A stretch of 63,172 bases of DNA, the filler included, from Nemertoderma westbladi (Eukaryota > Animalia > Xenacoelomorpha), in the NCBI GenBank assembly GCA_032718475.1. It is 5 parts of 5 records of this genome, joined end to end, with 100 filler letters (N's around TTAATTAATTAA, not from the genome) between each part and the next. Parts side by side here need not be neighbours in the genome. Positions count along the whole stretch, not along the records: positions 24,141 to 41,216 come from JAUCBJ010001260.1; positions 41,317 to 54,735 come from JAUCBJ010000112.1; 3 more parts are not named here. One strand, written 5' to 3'. Below the pieces are notes generated by a model, which was not told the origin of the DNA, did not search any database, and saw nothing but the letters and a program-made list of their open reading frames with translations. Positions 36,716 to 50,812 of this stretch are shown in pieces. The translations under genes and the position numbers were made by a program. Position 1 is the stretch's first letter, and each line of letters starts with the position of its first letter.

Positions 36716-38699
36716 TACAGTAAGATAAGTTGACTTCCGAGTTAAGAGACATGTAATGCTCATTACCTAAATAACATCCAGGTCTGCTTCCATCAATAGC
36801 GTCGATCTGCATTCGTGTAACATGCGTTCATGTAACTTACGTTCCACTACTCTACAGTCCGCTGCGCTCAACTCCAGCCCTCTGGCAGGATTGCATTTAT
36901 CGGGTATGATTCCCCATACCTCCCTACTTTTTATGTGGGATTATTTTAATTAATGTACAGTACGTTAGGGTAAAACAGCATTTTCAACATTTAATGGAAA
37001 TTAATTATTTTATAGTATAAGATATAAATAATTATACTTAAAAATTATACAGCTGTAATCCCCATATCCCATTCGATTATAGTTTTTAATTAGTCATTAG
37101 CTATAAGAAATGTGTAATTATACAGCAATTAGAACGAATTACAGTAATTAGAAACGTAATTAAGTTATCAAAATGCAACCATCTCTCTATACATGTACTG
37201 TACTTCCAGCTCCCTCATTCATTGGGATGCTTGCTATTGCCTAGCCTAGCTGCTGGCGCTGGGAACCAGTCCAACTATAGTTTTAGAAATACAGTATTTA
37301 GAAACACGCAATCAAATTTTTCTCTCTTTTTTTTTGTTCTTAATGCTTTTGCCTTTTTGTCGTGCTAATACTTTGCTGTTATTATTTTCTGTTGGTTAAT
37401 TAGCTACAGCGGTGTTATTACACCCATATCGTTGCAGGTGTTGTGATGGTGCATTAAATATATATTATTAACTAATTATACAAAATACTTATACTATTAA
37501 ATATGAATTTTTTTCGAATTACAGCCAATTTCGGTCAGATGGACTTCTCAAAGTACAATCGAAGTTTACCAGGTTTTAAATTTTGGTGCACAATATTCGT
37601 TGTTTTTTGTTGACAATGTTGTTGTGATAAAATTGTACACTAAGGTTAATTGAATGAATGGCAAGGTTCACTGAATGAATGGTAAGGTTCACTGAATGAA
37701 TGGTAAGGTTCACATAACACGTTATAAATACTCAATGAAGTTAAAGAGTTGTTGCTAACCTTTGTTATTAATATTTGACTTCAAATACAAAATGCAGTAA
37801 CAATATTTAGTGCAGCTGTTTAATAGTTGTTCCACAACACAAAACAATTATGTAGGCCCTAATAACTGTTATGTCAACAGTTAGAATATGAGGATGTGGC
37901 GTTAACGTAAATTCTATATTAAATGAAAATAATTGGATAAGTTGATGAGACACAGCTGCAAGCAATTAAACACATCCAAGACTGGAGACTAATGGCATTC
38001 ATAATTTAAAAAAACACTCAATGAAAATGGTGACATATTATTTCATAATTAGAATATTATGGAGAAACATAAAGTGACTTGTTTTTAGCACTTCACTGCT
38101 GTCAGTCAAATAAAATACATGTCTAATAGATTAAGGCATAAACATAGCATCGCATAGATACGTACAGTAGTTGTTGCCAAAGTGCAGCAGTTAAATGTCA
38201 ATAAACATTTTGCGAATAGCATTGCCAATTGCGGCATTGAGCCTAAACTTATTTCATACAGTATTGTCTGTAAGTGCACAATTAGCAGCCCATAATGTTA
38301 ATGGATATTTGTGTCGACTTTGTCCGGTGTGGACTGGTGACTGGCGAGGTTGACACAAAAATACATTGGCTTGGGGCACGGCCTATACAATACAATAGGC
38401 CTAGGGTTGGTGCGCGAAAAAAATGTTGAGCTATAGAAACAAGTGAATAAGGGGTAAAAAAGGTGCCATGAATCGAGTGGCGGGGTGTTTTTTTTTGTAA
38501 AAACACGATGAAACGGTCGAAATGGCTGGTTTAATTAAACGCTCAAAACCAATTTTGAAAAGCGACTGTGATTGGCTGCTAAAAATTTGACGTCACTACA
38601 AAGTCATCTGATAATTTATAATCTTTATATCAGGAGGCCCCTATCAATGATGTTATCAGTTGATCCTGGAAGTATATTAGAGTTTCAATTCAAATGGAT

Positions 38700-39360
38700 C
38701 AACAAACTACAGAAACAATTTGGACATACACCAAAAGACAAATTTTTTTGATTATTTATTGGAGACCTGAGTTGGAGAAACATTTAGAAATGATGATGGA
38801 TACATGTGAGTCTTGTCTAATACGTAAAAAATTGTGACAGACCAGTTGTTAGTATGCCAATAGTATCACAGTTTGATGATATTTAAAACTATGGAAATAC
38901 AAGTGCTCTAATGCTCTAAACTAATTGAGAAGTGGGTTGCTTATTTTTGGTGTTATGAAGGACATATTAAATGACAATGGGGGAGAGTTTGCTGCTAAGG
39001 AAGTCAAGGAGAAATTCGATGTAACCCCCCCCCCCCCCCCCACCCCCCCAAAGTATATATTATCTTAGCAGCATGCTGTGTCGGACTTTAGTCCTGGTGT
39101 TACAAACCTTTCTCTTGATTTTTCGGACCATCGGCATCGTCTTGACATCTGTATGGATAATTGGATATACTGTAGTTCTACTCAGCTTATGTAATTGGAA
39201 CAATTCCCGACCTTTCTTATATCATGACAGATGGTCTCCCAGCACTAGAAGGTAAGACATTGAGTGTGATTTTAGCAATAACATAAAATTAATGCTCTAC
39301 ACAGTTTAGCAGAAGCTTTCGTATAATCCGAAAGTTCTGAAAGGATTAAAATGCTTTATT
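38700..39360 (+). pseudogene. Highly decayed LTR-retrotransposon integrase relic (Copia-like)
   Basis: Fragments KLQKQFGH, TCESC, RPVVSMP, ILNDNGGEF, DGLPALEG, INALH and ESSERIK occur in the expected order across frames. Confidence 0.6.
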
Positions 39361-39504
39361 TAACAGTTTCTTGCAGGCTAGTTAAATTTATCCAGCTCTT
39401 GAAACCGGCGCATTTTGGACAGGAATTGGATATGAAAAGTTATTCGGAATTTTGAGACAAAATTATGCTTGTTGGGGTTTTCGAGGGAGCTGAGTCCAAT
39501 AAAA

Positions 39505-40313
39505 TAGTTTTTAGATTCCCGTGAACGCTTGTTTGTGATCTTTTATGCAATGTGTCACTTTTGTCACTTATCAAATCAAATAATATAAAATATCAACAAA
39601 TGCTATATAACACCATGTCCTGGAATATAGTGTCGTTATTCAGGTACATGTCCCCCCCCCCCCCCCCCCCTAATTTTTCAACAATAAATACACCATGTTC
39701 TAGAACATTTTGTTTATGTATGAATGTCCACGTACTAGCTAGTATTATTATATAGTCAATGTATTGTTGATAAGCTTCTTATGAGATTAACAACATGTTC
39801 CATAATATTGTGCATTTATTAAATAGAATAAATGGCCTGATGCGGTAGTAAATACATGCAACATTCGAATGCCAATATCTCAGCTATTTCCCAACAAAAT
39901 TCAAATATTTTTTAATATTTGGAATCCTTGCATGGCCAGCTTTACATTGCTACGAACAAATCAATATAAGATTAAAGAATATCTGTAGTACGATTACGAT
40001 TGGTGCAATATCGCTGGAGACACTTTTTTCAAACAATTGTAGCTAAATAATAAAAGTAAAAATAACAATTCTGGGTCACCTGTAACGAGGAGGGAGGTGA
40101 AACTATCTCTGTTTCAAATTTCATGCAATCTCATTAGGATTTGTAAAAAAAATTTGGGGGGGGGTCCATGTACCATAATAACGGCACTATATTCCAGGAC
40201 ATGGTGTAAGTTATATAGCATTTGTTGATATTTGATACTATTTGATTTGATAAGTGACAAAAGTGACACATTGCCTAAAGCATCACAAACAAGCGTTCAC
40301 GGAATCTAAAACT
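39505..40313. mobile_element. Foldback/MITE-like element with ~165-bp inverted arms
   Basis: 39505-39670 is the reverse complement of about 40150-40313. A further partial arm lies at 40317-40380. Confidence 0.7.
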
Positions 40314-40447
40314 ATATGGGGGGGGGGGGGGGGGGGGGGGGCATGCACCTGAATAACGACACTATATTCCAGGACATGGTATATATATATATATAAATAT
40401 AACTATATACTATGGCGGATCCTAGAAACAGCGGATCCGTGGACCCT

Positions 40448-40781
40448 GTAATAGTCTATGGGAAGTCAAGAAAGTCATGGGCTGTCCACCATGCTTACTC
40501 TCTCCATGGGGCTGCCAAAGTACAAGATTATGCACTGGCTGGTCCTCACGGCGAAAGCAATGTCCTGCAAAGCGGAGGCGATTTTGTTCTTGTGGTTTTT
40601 GTGTCAAGCTTGGGGGAACCAATGGGACACCTCCAATGTTATATAGTATCTGGTTGGCGATGTGTGCATTGTACTTGACACAATGAACCCGGCGTAGCAT
40701 TCTTGTGAATGTGCCATCCAGAGATTTGGTGTCCTCAGCAGTTAGAGCCCAGCATGGACTCCCATAGAGAAATACTGGAAT
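40448..40781 (-). mobile_element. 3' fragment of RTE family B
   Basis: RFAGHCFRREDQPVHNLVLWQPHG; matches 33252-33553. Confidence 0.88.
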
Positions 40782-41216
40782 CAGACATCAGACATACCAC
40801 ATACCAGCATATCGTAAAGGGTGCTTAGATCGTGGCCTTTCCAGTTAACATTATTCCATTTTGTATAAAACGAGAGAAAGCCACCCAATATTAGATTATT
40901 ACAACAACATACAGTATCCATTGGGTAAGAAAGTGGAGGAGAGCCAGCCCGTCTCTTAATTTTTTACTTTATATTACGCGATCAATTTTCACTCATCTCG
41001 TCATGAACCCAACATGTATGTAACCTTTTGTTAAATTTGTTGGCTATGCGTTTGCGGTTGTTTGGGCGGAGTGTGGTAGGCCTACACTTTTCACACTTAA
41101 ATATTTTGGTTGTGAAATGTTAAAGGGCGTAGCGATCTGAGATATTTCATTTATATTTTATTATGAGAGGAAGAAGAACATACAACGTTATTTACTATGT
41201 AACAAAATAATTGTTT

Positions 41217-41316
41217 NNNNNNNNNNNNNNNNNNNNNNNNNNNNNNNNNNNNNNNNNNNNTTAATTAATTAANNNNNNNNNNNNNNNNNNNNNNNNNNNN
41301 NNNNNNNNNNNNNNNN
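41217..41316. other. Artificial contig linker
   Basis: 44 N + TTAATTAATTAA + 44 N. Confidence 0.97.
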
Positions 41317-42154
41317 TTATCATTGATGATTATTATTGATAAGTTATTCAGGCGACGAGAAACGTGTAGGGCCAATTCCCTACTGCCCTATACACTATTA
41401 TTTGTAAAACTTAAATTCTATTGGTCAATCATTTGAGCGCCTTTTTTTAAGAAGTACCAGTACAAGGTACTGTGCCTAGTACAGTAGTACAGTACAGCAG
41501 TAGTAGGCCTACTGCAGTCTGCAGTAGTGTCAGCACCTCAGTTATCAGTTATGGGTACTCCGGTCAGCAGTAGTTGCCTAGGCCTACCGCAGTACGCTAG
41601 TGCAGTAGGCCTACCACAGATCTGCAGCTGCACCTACCCCAGTACCCTGCACTGTCAGTCAGTAGCCAATCCAGTCTGCCCCTGCCAGTAGGTGACAGTC
41701 TGACAGTAGGCCTAGAATAACAGAATACGGAATAAGTCACGGACTGTCAGTCTCAGTAGCCAGTCCAGCAGTCAGGCAGTGTCAGTCATCCAGTAGGCTA
41801 CTGCAGTAGCCTACAGACCATCCTACCATCCTATCTGTCATCCTACAAAACCCTGCCGCTGCCGGATGCACAGATGCAAAAATCTTGCACCGGGATCGGC
41901 TTACTGCAGTACCAGAGTACCGTAGGCCTATAGCCAGACTGACTTTTAAAAAATGTAATCCCGACGGTGAAAGTTTTTATTCCATCGGTAATGAGGGTTG
42001 ATTTTTCGAGTTACACCCATAAAAACAATAAAAACACCCCTTCTGTCAGTCTGTAACGTCTTGGGGCCCTTCTGGGCCTCCTGCCATTTTAGAGTTAAAT
42101 TTACAACGTAAAAGTTGAATTTTAAACAGACAATTTGCTGATTTGGTACCGGTA

Positions 42155-42580
42155 CAGTCAGGAACACTGGTCACAATATGTCCAATTTACAGCCAGAATG
42201 TGTCCGCGGAAAACGCTCTCAGAGTGAAATTTCTCCATAGAAAACAATTCTAAATTTAATTTGAAAACCGGCAGTGAAATTTTAACATTGGCATTCTAAA
42301 AATTAGGCCTATGCCATTAGAATCGCCATAAAATTATGTATAAATTAATTTGAGAATTAGAATCTCATCGTTGGGATAACTAGGCCTATCATAATATTAA
42401 AAATAAAAATGTGCCCAGCTTCTGCTTTGAGTACTAGTGGAGTTACAGCCAAAATATGTCCGGAAATATAATCGCAGCCTGTGAAGGACAAATAGTGGCT
42501 GCACGGACACTTTCTGGCTGTAAATATGTGGACAATTTTTGGCTGAGCTTCAGCCAGAAAGTGACCAATGTTCCTAACTG
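42155..42580. mobile_element. Tc1/mariner-like MITE
   Basis: TIRs CAGTCAGGAACACTGGTCAC / GTGACCAATGTTCCTAACTG, with TA on the left flank. Confidence 0.65.
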
Positions 42581-42765
42581 CGGTAGGCTACACTTTTTTC
42601 ATTATTTTATAGCTGAGTCGAGTTGAACATAGAAAATATTTTTTGGGCCACCCTAGAATGGGCACTGGTCTATAGTGTATAGGCTATATATCAATATCAT
42701 TAGTCATTGGTCATTTGATATCGCTCTTCTACCTGGTGAGGTACCTTTACCTACAAACAATTACC

Positions 42766-44711
42766 ATGCTTTATTGCAATCTTTGTAAACAACAATGTGT
42801 CTCGTTGATTTCATATAGAGAACATATAAAACAACGTCACCATAGATGTACATAGACAAAAGCTCACTTGTGGCCAAGATGGTTGTAGCATGGATTTTTC
42901 CCGTTTTCAGACTTTAGCAATACATATAAAAACAAAGCATGCTCATTCTTCATTCTTAAAGTTCCACCACCTTCTGTCGCTAATGAAGCTATACTAACGA
43001 AGGCCCTTATAGAAATACCGTCTCGGTTGTGCAATAAGGTATCTGCTGATCTGTGCACCTTCCAAAAGGTGCCCCGCGGAAGATATGGAGACCTTCTGTT
43101 AAGGACTGTAAAAGCGCTTTTATTATGGAAGCGATAGACCACGCCAACATCTGAACATGGATACCTTGGTGAACGAAATGGCGGATGACTATATAATTAT
43201 AAAGATACCAATCAACCCGTTTGTTGTTTTCCTGCAGGATAGTAGGCAGGGTGTGGTCATCTACAATGAACATCGGTTTGTCCGCCCTAATGTTATTCAA
43301 GCAATAGACTTCGCCTTTAAGTTGTTGAATGTTTGCAACCTAGAGTATCAGAAAGCGAGTGTTCAGGCCTGGTTGTTTTTGGAACACATTTATGGTGTGC
43401 CATCGATTCAGCAATCTTCTAAAGTGTCGGCAATTCTCTCTGAGTTAGGAATGTAAGATAACCGACAGGCCTTATATATTTTAGCTGTTGCGTGCCTTTG
43501 CTTTTGATCCGCATGGTATCATTATTATTTTTAAATATATTTTGGATATGCATTGCATACAGCATTGTATACCGGTAATGCTGCGGCATACGATAATTTT
43601 TATAGTTACCGGTAAGTATTATAGTTATTAGTATTTTCTACTAATATTAGTAATATTAGTTAGTTATATATTAGTTTAGTATATATTGTTTTAGATAGTT
43701 ATTTGTAAAGGTCACACACAATTATAACGTCTAGGGCTCAGTTGCTTTTTATAATTTTGTCATTCTTTACTCTGTGCTCGTACATATATACAATACATGT
43801 TGTGGGGACTTCGCGCAGCACGTGAGATCTATTAGCCTATGGAAACTGCAAAATTTATTGACAATACTTTATTATATTATATTGGTATAATAATGAATAT
43901 TGTCTTCAAAGTTATTATATACACCTTGATGAACTAAATTTTAGATTTAAAATTCTAAATTTTACTAAATATTAGTTTAGCAAATTGGAGAGTTCCTGAG
44001 AAATAAGCTTTCGAGGATTAGACCGACAGAAAGAGGCACGAAGTTGAGATAGTGGTACCTGTATGCTAAGCTCTGTTTCTTTCATGGCTCGCCCCACAGC
44101 TTTCACTTAATTTACTTTTTTAGTTTTCTGTTTCTGCTGTTTCTATGTTCCAACTTAATTAATTTTTATAAATTGAATTTGTGTTATTTGTACCGGACCA
44201 CCCATTATAATTTACAAAAACGGGTGTTTTGTTGTTGTTTTTTTGTAATGTTGATTACTTTTGTATGTAAAGGTGGTGCAGTATACTCAGTTTAATTGTT
44301 GTGTAATATGTATTTTTTACCGGTGACTTATTTTACCTAGTGTATCTGTAATGTACCTTAATATAAATTTGCTTCATTCTAATTTCTGATATTTGATATT
44401 CTGATATAAATGCAACTGCTATTTTATAAAATCTTAACGTTTTCATATGCTAGGGAATTATTTTGAGTAAATATATTGTTGCGCGAGCTGCTAAAATATT
44501 TATGAAGTTTATCGAGAAATTTATTTATTTTAACAGGATAGTTAATCACTTTAACAATATAGCTTGTTGAAATTGACAAGATAATTCAAGGAAAGAATTT
44601 CACAAGATTATCTTGTCATTACAATTAAATATATCTAGAGTCGTATTTGACAAAATAATCTTGTGAAATTCACTTTTTTTTTATCATTTTAACAAACTTT
44701 TTTTAAGAGTG
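42766..44711 (+). mobile_element. Internally deleted CMC (EnSpm/Mirage-like) DNA transposon relic
   Basis: N-terminal C2H2 fingers MLYCNLC...HIKQRH and CGQDGC...HIKTKH. C-terminal AIDFAFKLLNVCNLEY...WLFLEHIYG (43157-43456) resembles CMC accessory ORFs. Right end reads CACTCTTAAAAA on the minus strand. Confidence 0.55.
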
Positions 44712-45339
44712 TAAAGCGACCTGTTCAAGAATTGTTTCCCTTGGAAATTGGTGATTGAAATACATAGCAATTATATAAATAAAACGGTGGCGGTTAATTT
44801 ATTATCTGTTTGGTTACAATATTTATTTAAATTATTTATAGTCGTTTTACATGTAGATATTTGCGTCGTTCAACGGGGGAGTGTGGTAATTATATTATAC
44901 AGTTGAACTCGCCAATATTGAGTCTATGACAAGTTTGTCTATAATTGTACAGTAGATTGATATTTAGTTCGATTATTCAGTACCTACATTGGGTTAATTA
45001 GCACTAGCATACGCGCCTGTTAATTAGTCAAGATACACAGTACTTACAGTAAATAGTATGTGCCGAATAAAGGGTCAAATACTAACAGTAGAGTAGTTAG
45101 TACAGTATGTGCAGTATAAGGGGTCAACCAGAACTAATTACTAAATGGCATTTTAATTATAAGGATTTTGGATCTCCCACTCATTCATTCAATTAAATTC
45201 ATATACTAATTGTTACGTTACGGTAAATTCATACTTTATAATTTCGGTGTAATCGTGACGTTTCTGGTATTAAATATTCTGTACGATAAATTCATTAAAT
45301 ATTTTCATCTCTCTAAAATAACCAAAATAATTAATTAGA

Positions 45340-46092
45340 ACAATAATATGTATTGGCGAAATGTCTGAAAGTGAAATTTTGACCAATTCGATTATTTATC
45401 ATCCGTTCAAGCTGAAACTTGTCAGAACAGAACACAGTCTGTGTCTTTATCGGGTCAGTAATCGGTCTGCAGTTAGACAGTCTTCCCCATTTCCATGATC
45501 TTAATTCGTTCAAACTGAATCTTGGAGTATATGTACCAGACCACATGCTGCTCCTTTTTGAAAGAGTTGATTCCTCTGCAGTTCTCGTTTCTGTCGCTAG
45601 AGGGCGAAATGTCTGAAAGTGAAAACAATCAAAATCCACCATTTCCTTGATTTTACTCCTTTTAAGCTGAAACTTGGCAGGTTTGGCCTACATGCTACTG
45701 TAGATAGTAGACAACCGTAGGCTGAAAGGACAACTTCAGGTTTCTCCTTCCATCGCTTGCGTCTTTGTTGGAACACTAATCCATCGGCGGTTCTCCAGTC
45801 TACCGCTAGTGAGCTGAAATGAAAACATTTTAGAAATGTATTAAATGAAAACCCTCAGCCATTTTTTTATTATTGTTAATATTCCTTTCTTTCTGATTGT
45901 TACCTGGCACATATATTTTAGACCTCAGACTGCGTTTTTGTGAGGTCTTAAATCGACTGCAGTTGTAACCCAGTATGCCTCTAGGCTGTAAAGTGATTAG
46001 GGGATATCTGCTTAGATTTTGCTTAGCTTTCGAGTTGGTATTTAACAAAAGTTTTAGTCACGTGCTGCGCGAATGCCCCATTTCGTGTAGTT
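45340..46092 (+). mobile_element. 3' part of a Helentron/HINE-like repeat (same family as 55345-56686)
   Basis: Shares GCTAGAGGGC.AAATGTCTGAAAGTGAAA and TTTAAGCTGAAACTTGGCAG units and the end AGTCACGTGCTGCGCGAA.GCCCCA.TTCGTGT. Confidence 0.6.
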
Positions 46093-48035
46093 AATAGGCC
46101 GAAGGCCAATGTAATTATATAAGTTACTTTATGGTGAAGGATGCAATATGCCATTGCATAATAACATCTTGCATGGTATATCATATACGTACATACTGCT
46201 GTATCAGTGGAGTACCCCGTTGTGTACCATTAGGGTTTAACATGATAACATGGAGGTTTTCCTCCTATCTTATCTTCTGCCAGCAGAGGCTAGGAATACA
46301 AAGGTGTAATCAATAATAATGATTAAGCGCGTTTATTTCCTAAGCTCGCTCGACGTACAACATACGACAGACTATTTCATATGTAGTTCATATTGTTAGT
46401 GCATTGCATTATTCATAACACCACTCCAGTTTCTGTTGTGTAGCCAACACAAACACAGTAGATACTGTAGAATAGATGTTAATTCAGAACAGGAAACTAC
46501 TTATTACAAGTAAAATAAATTAGCGTTTTTTTCCCGTTGACACTGACGATAAACTGAAGTGTCGTGCAAGTGAGTGACGCAGCAATCGATGTTAATAATA
46601 CATTGGGGACGTAATGATAAAACTCTATTTGATTATAGAGTTTTATCAAAAGTGGAAGAAAAAGGAGTAGGCCGACTTTTTAGAATAATTATTTATTACA
46701 TGGGAAATAAAGTAGACCTTTTTTTCACTATTCTCGAGGCATTTTATTTACCGAGCGTCAGAGAGATTAACAAGGGTCGAGAGAATATTGCGGTCGAGAC
46801 AATTTACGTGCAAACCTTTTCTACGTCAATGCTCTTTGAACACATTTAATAAAATTTAAGAAATTCCACCAAAAATATTTTGTTTTACTTTTTTCGCCGG
46901 AAAAAAAGTAAAATCAATGCAATCCTATGGGTTACTTTTATTCCTTTGAGAAAAAAGTACCCAATAGGATTGCATTGATTTTACTTTTTTTACATTTTAT
47001 TTGGAACTTTTTTCTCCCGATTTTGGTTTAATTTTGAGCGAAAAAGTAACAATTTTAGAATAATGAATTTTATTTCCTAGATAATATTTTTGGTAGAATG
47101 TTTTAAGTTTTATTACATGTGTTAAAAAAGCATCGAAGCAGAAAATGTTAGTACGTAATTTGAGCAAAATTACGCTCTCACACTCACAGATGTCAGAAAG
47201 CTTTATGCCCATATAAAAAGCCCCACGCATCGATTCTCGCATTGCGACCAGGGTAATTTTCGTTTCGTCGCGAATGCTTTAAAGGGACTAGCTATCTATG
47301 ACGCATTTCTACCTTGCATCCTTAAATGGTAGCTAAATGAGTACCAGTTTCCACTTGGTAGTATAATTCTGGGGGGAGTTGTGATACAGGGAGTATAGCG
47401 ATACAGGGAGTATAGCGATTGTCAATGCCGACTACTGTAGCACAATAAGTGCAATAAACTAGAAATAATATCGGTTTATAAACAAACGCCTAAAAAAGTA
47501 TTTTCAGGCCTATGATTCGAAATGTTTTTTTTTTTTAAATTTTTTATTATTATTTTTTGTTTACTATTTACTGACGGAAGTGCTGTAACGTTTGTGAAAT
47601 AATTATTAAACTAACATTTTATATGCTAGAGTAATTCTAGGGTCAGACTTTCTTTCCGCCAGAATTGTAATGTTTCGGAACAAGACAGAAGTGTCAGACA
47701 GGGGCATACTCGTATGGCAGGCGGTCTAGACTTTTAGGCCTTTACACACAATTCTAGTATAAGTATAAGGAAATAAGTGTATTGTTGTATGTAAGCCTAC
47801 TTTTTGTGGGCCTGTTTCAAAATTCGCCTCGGCAACGTATGGAAAATTCGCAACTTTGGACAGCTGTAGTTAAAACAGATCTGACTTACCTACTGTAACA
47901 TTTACCTGGGATTGGCTACTTATTCCAATGTAACACATTTATATAGATAGATACTGTAGGTAGATTTATTTATACATTATGTAAAAACTAATTAATAAAT
48001 AATAAAATTATGTAATTTACATTTAAGCTGTTTGG

Positions 48036-48910
48036 TTAAGCCTTCATACCAAGAAGAGCACGCATATTGCATAGTCCATGAAGAAGAGCAAGTAACTTGC
48101 GGGAGTCGGTGTTTAAACTATTTTTATTTCTATATAGAAACCTAAGCCTACTGTTAACTTTCGAAAAAATATTTTTCACTGTACTTTCTCCTGATAAGCA
48201 GTTATCCAATGTGGCGCCTAAATATTTAACTTCCTTTTTATTTTCAATCTTATGTCCATTACTAGTGACTTCAAACTTAGTTACCTTCTTTAACTTTCGT
48301 TTGGAACCAAACAAAATACTTTCAGTCTTACCGTAGTGAATGGATAGCTTATTATCAACCAACCGCAACCACTCATTACATGATTCTAGAACTGCACTTA
48401 ACTTTTGGGAAATATGGATAGGATCTTTATGAGAGAAAATAAGAGCACTGTCGTCGGCATATAAAATGAGTTTAAAATCGGGATCTATACTACTTATCAT
48501 ATCATTTACATAGCATACAAAAAGCAGAGGACCTAATATACTACCTTGCCCTACACCACAGGTAATCTCTTGTACAGTAGACTGCGATTTGCTAATGACT
48601 ACAGTTTGACCTCTGTCTGACAGGTAGGACTTGAACCAGTCTATAGAACCTACACCCATCAGGCCTAACTTACCAAGCAGAATTTCATGATCTACAGTAT
48701 CGAAAGTCTTTTGTAGGTCCAACATTACCATACCAGTATATAAACCCTTTGCGTTATTACATCTAATTGTATCAGTCAAGTTAATAAGGCAGGTGTCTGT
48801 AGAATATGATTTACGAAAACCGGACTGAAGTTCATAGATCAGATTTAGCCTACTAAGATGTGCTTCCAGCTGTAGAAAAACGGAACGTTCTAGAATTTTA
48901 GATACAATAA
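48036..48910 (-). mobile_element. CR1/L2-group LINE reverse transcriptase fragment
   Basis: [45 protein letters not shown]. Confidence 0.88.
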
Positions 48911-49699
48911 TTTGATCATAGGCCATTGGGTATTTACACAACACATTTGGGGCGCAGATGTATTTAACCAATACCAACTGTTGTGTACCATTATGTTTTT
49001 GTCATATTTTCCTTTATTTTCACTTGTATAATTGCCATACAGTAATAGGATTCTGCACAGCGTTAACCTTATATTGAATATTAATATGAAAACTTCCCGA
49101 ATTAATCCCGTAAATATTTTTATATGAATAACCTGAACAAACCGGAAAATTTTTCCAAAAGCAAAATTAATAATGACAGATACACCGTTTTGGAATATAA
49201 GAGCCGTTAATTAGTTATAGTTATGGTGTGGCTTGTGCGAAATCGCTGGCCTAACGGACGATGAAAACAACTATTAAGGAGGACAAATTATATTTTTTTA
49301 ATCCCGACATATTATCTATTATCGTAACTATTATCGTAAATACCGTAAATTATTAATGTTCCCTTTACAGAACCGATAGTGCCCTAATTTAATATGTGTT
49401 AATAAAATTAAAGACGTAAAAACTTCTTGTTCTTGATTCTAGCCACTTTAATTACTTAAATGGCAACCTAAAATATGTATATATATTTTTATTTCGAATT
49501 CAAAAAAACAAATTGCAGTATATTTATGAGTAAAGATTCAAAACAGTGTTCCACTTTACAGTTTATTCAAAAAAAAGTTTAAATTTTGCATCTTGGCCAC
49601 ATTTAATTGTAGGACTACTGTAACCCAAGGGTCACAACTCTGTCATTAAGTCTTAGGAAAATTTGAATATATAATGTAGCTACAGTATATATTGTACTG

Positions 49700-50507
49700 T
49701 ATGGTGGCACTGAAGGGCCAACAAAGAAATTTTTTTTGTCTGAAACAAGTCGTGCGCACGACTTGTTACATCAGAAACAAGTCGTGCGCACGACTTGTTA
49801 CATCAGAAACAACTCGTGCGCACGACTTGTTTTGCTAAAACAAGTCGTGCGCACGACTTGTTACTTCAGAAACAACTTATGCGCACGACTTGTTTTGCTA
49901 AGACAACTCGTGCGCACGACTTGTTACATCAGAAACAACTGGTGCGCACGACTTGTTTTGCTAAAACAAGTCGTGCGCACGAGTTGTTACATCAGAAACA
50001 ACTCGTGCGCACGACTTTTTACATCAGAAACAACTCGTGCGCACGACTTGATTTGCTAAAACAACTCGTGCGCACGACTTGTCAGGAGCAGGTTACAGAG
50101 ACGGGTATTTCTAACCAAAACAATAAACTACCTACCACGTACAACACAGCAACAGGCAGACAAAGCAACCCCCGAAATAAGCACTATGAGTACAGGAGTA
50201 CTATGACTGTGGAAGGATGCTATGTTATCTTTTCAAATTTACCGCTAAAAGCCAAAATCAAATAACTCCATGTTTTGAAACAAGTCGTGCACACGAGTTG
50301 TTTCTGAAGTAACAAGTCGTGCCCACGAGTTGTTTCTGAAGTAACAAGTCGTGCGCACGAGATGTTTTAGCAAAACAAGTCGTGCGCACGAGATGTTTTA
50401 GCAAAACAAGTCGTGCGCACGCACGAGTTGTTTCTGAAGTAACAAGTCGTGCGCACGACTTGTTTTAGCAAAAAAAAATTCGTTGTTGGCCCTTCAGTGG
50501 CACCATA
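49700..50507. mobile_element. Non-autonomous TIR element, IS3EU-like (TAY..RTA ends, 6-bp TSD)
   Basis: TIR TATGGTG(G/C)CACTGAAGGGCCAACAA. TSD GTACTG at 49694-49699 and 50508-50513. Subterminal arrays of the palindrome CAAGTCGTGCGCACGACTTG. Confidence 0.75.
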
Positions 50508-50812
50508 GTACTGTACTACATATATAGGCCTACTTAATTTTCTAAAATTTGATTGACTGTATAAAATTAAAAATAATTTTTTAAGTAAATTTCATTTTTA
50601 CTTTATTAAGACGTGTAAAAAATACAAATAACTAGGATAAAGTAGAAATGATTAAAATCACGTTCCTAAACTAATATAGACCTATATGGTCGCACCGCGT
50701 CAACCATTTCTATGTAAATAGGGCATAAATAATTAATATACAAATAAGGTAAACTGAAGGCTATAGGCCTATACTGATTATCGACATTTTGAAATTTGGG
50801 TCCGCATGTCAC

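Noticed and set aside
49740-50470. CRISPR-like palindromic repeat array
   Set aside because: The intervening sequences are only 6-7 nt of two recurring types, the arrays lie inside TIRs, no cas genes are present, and the context is eukaryotic.
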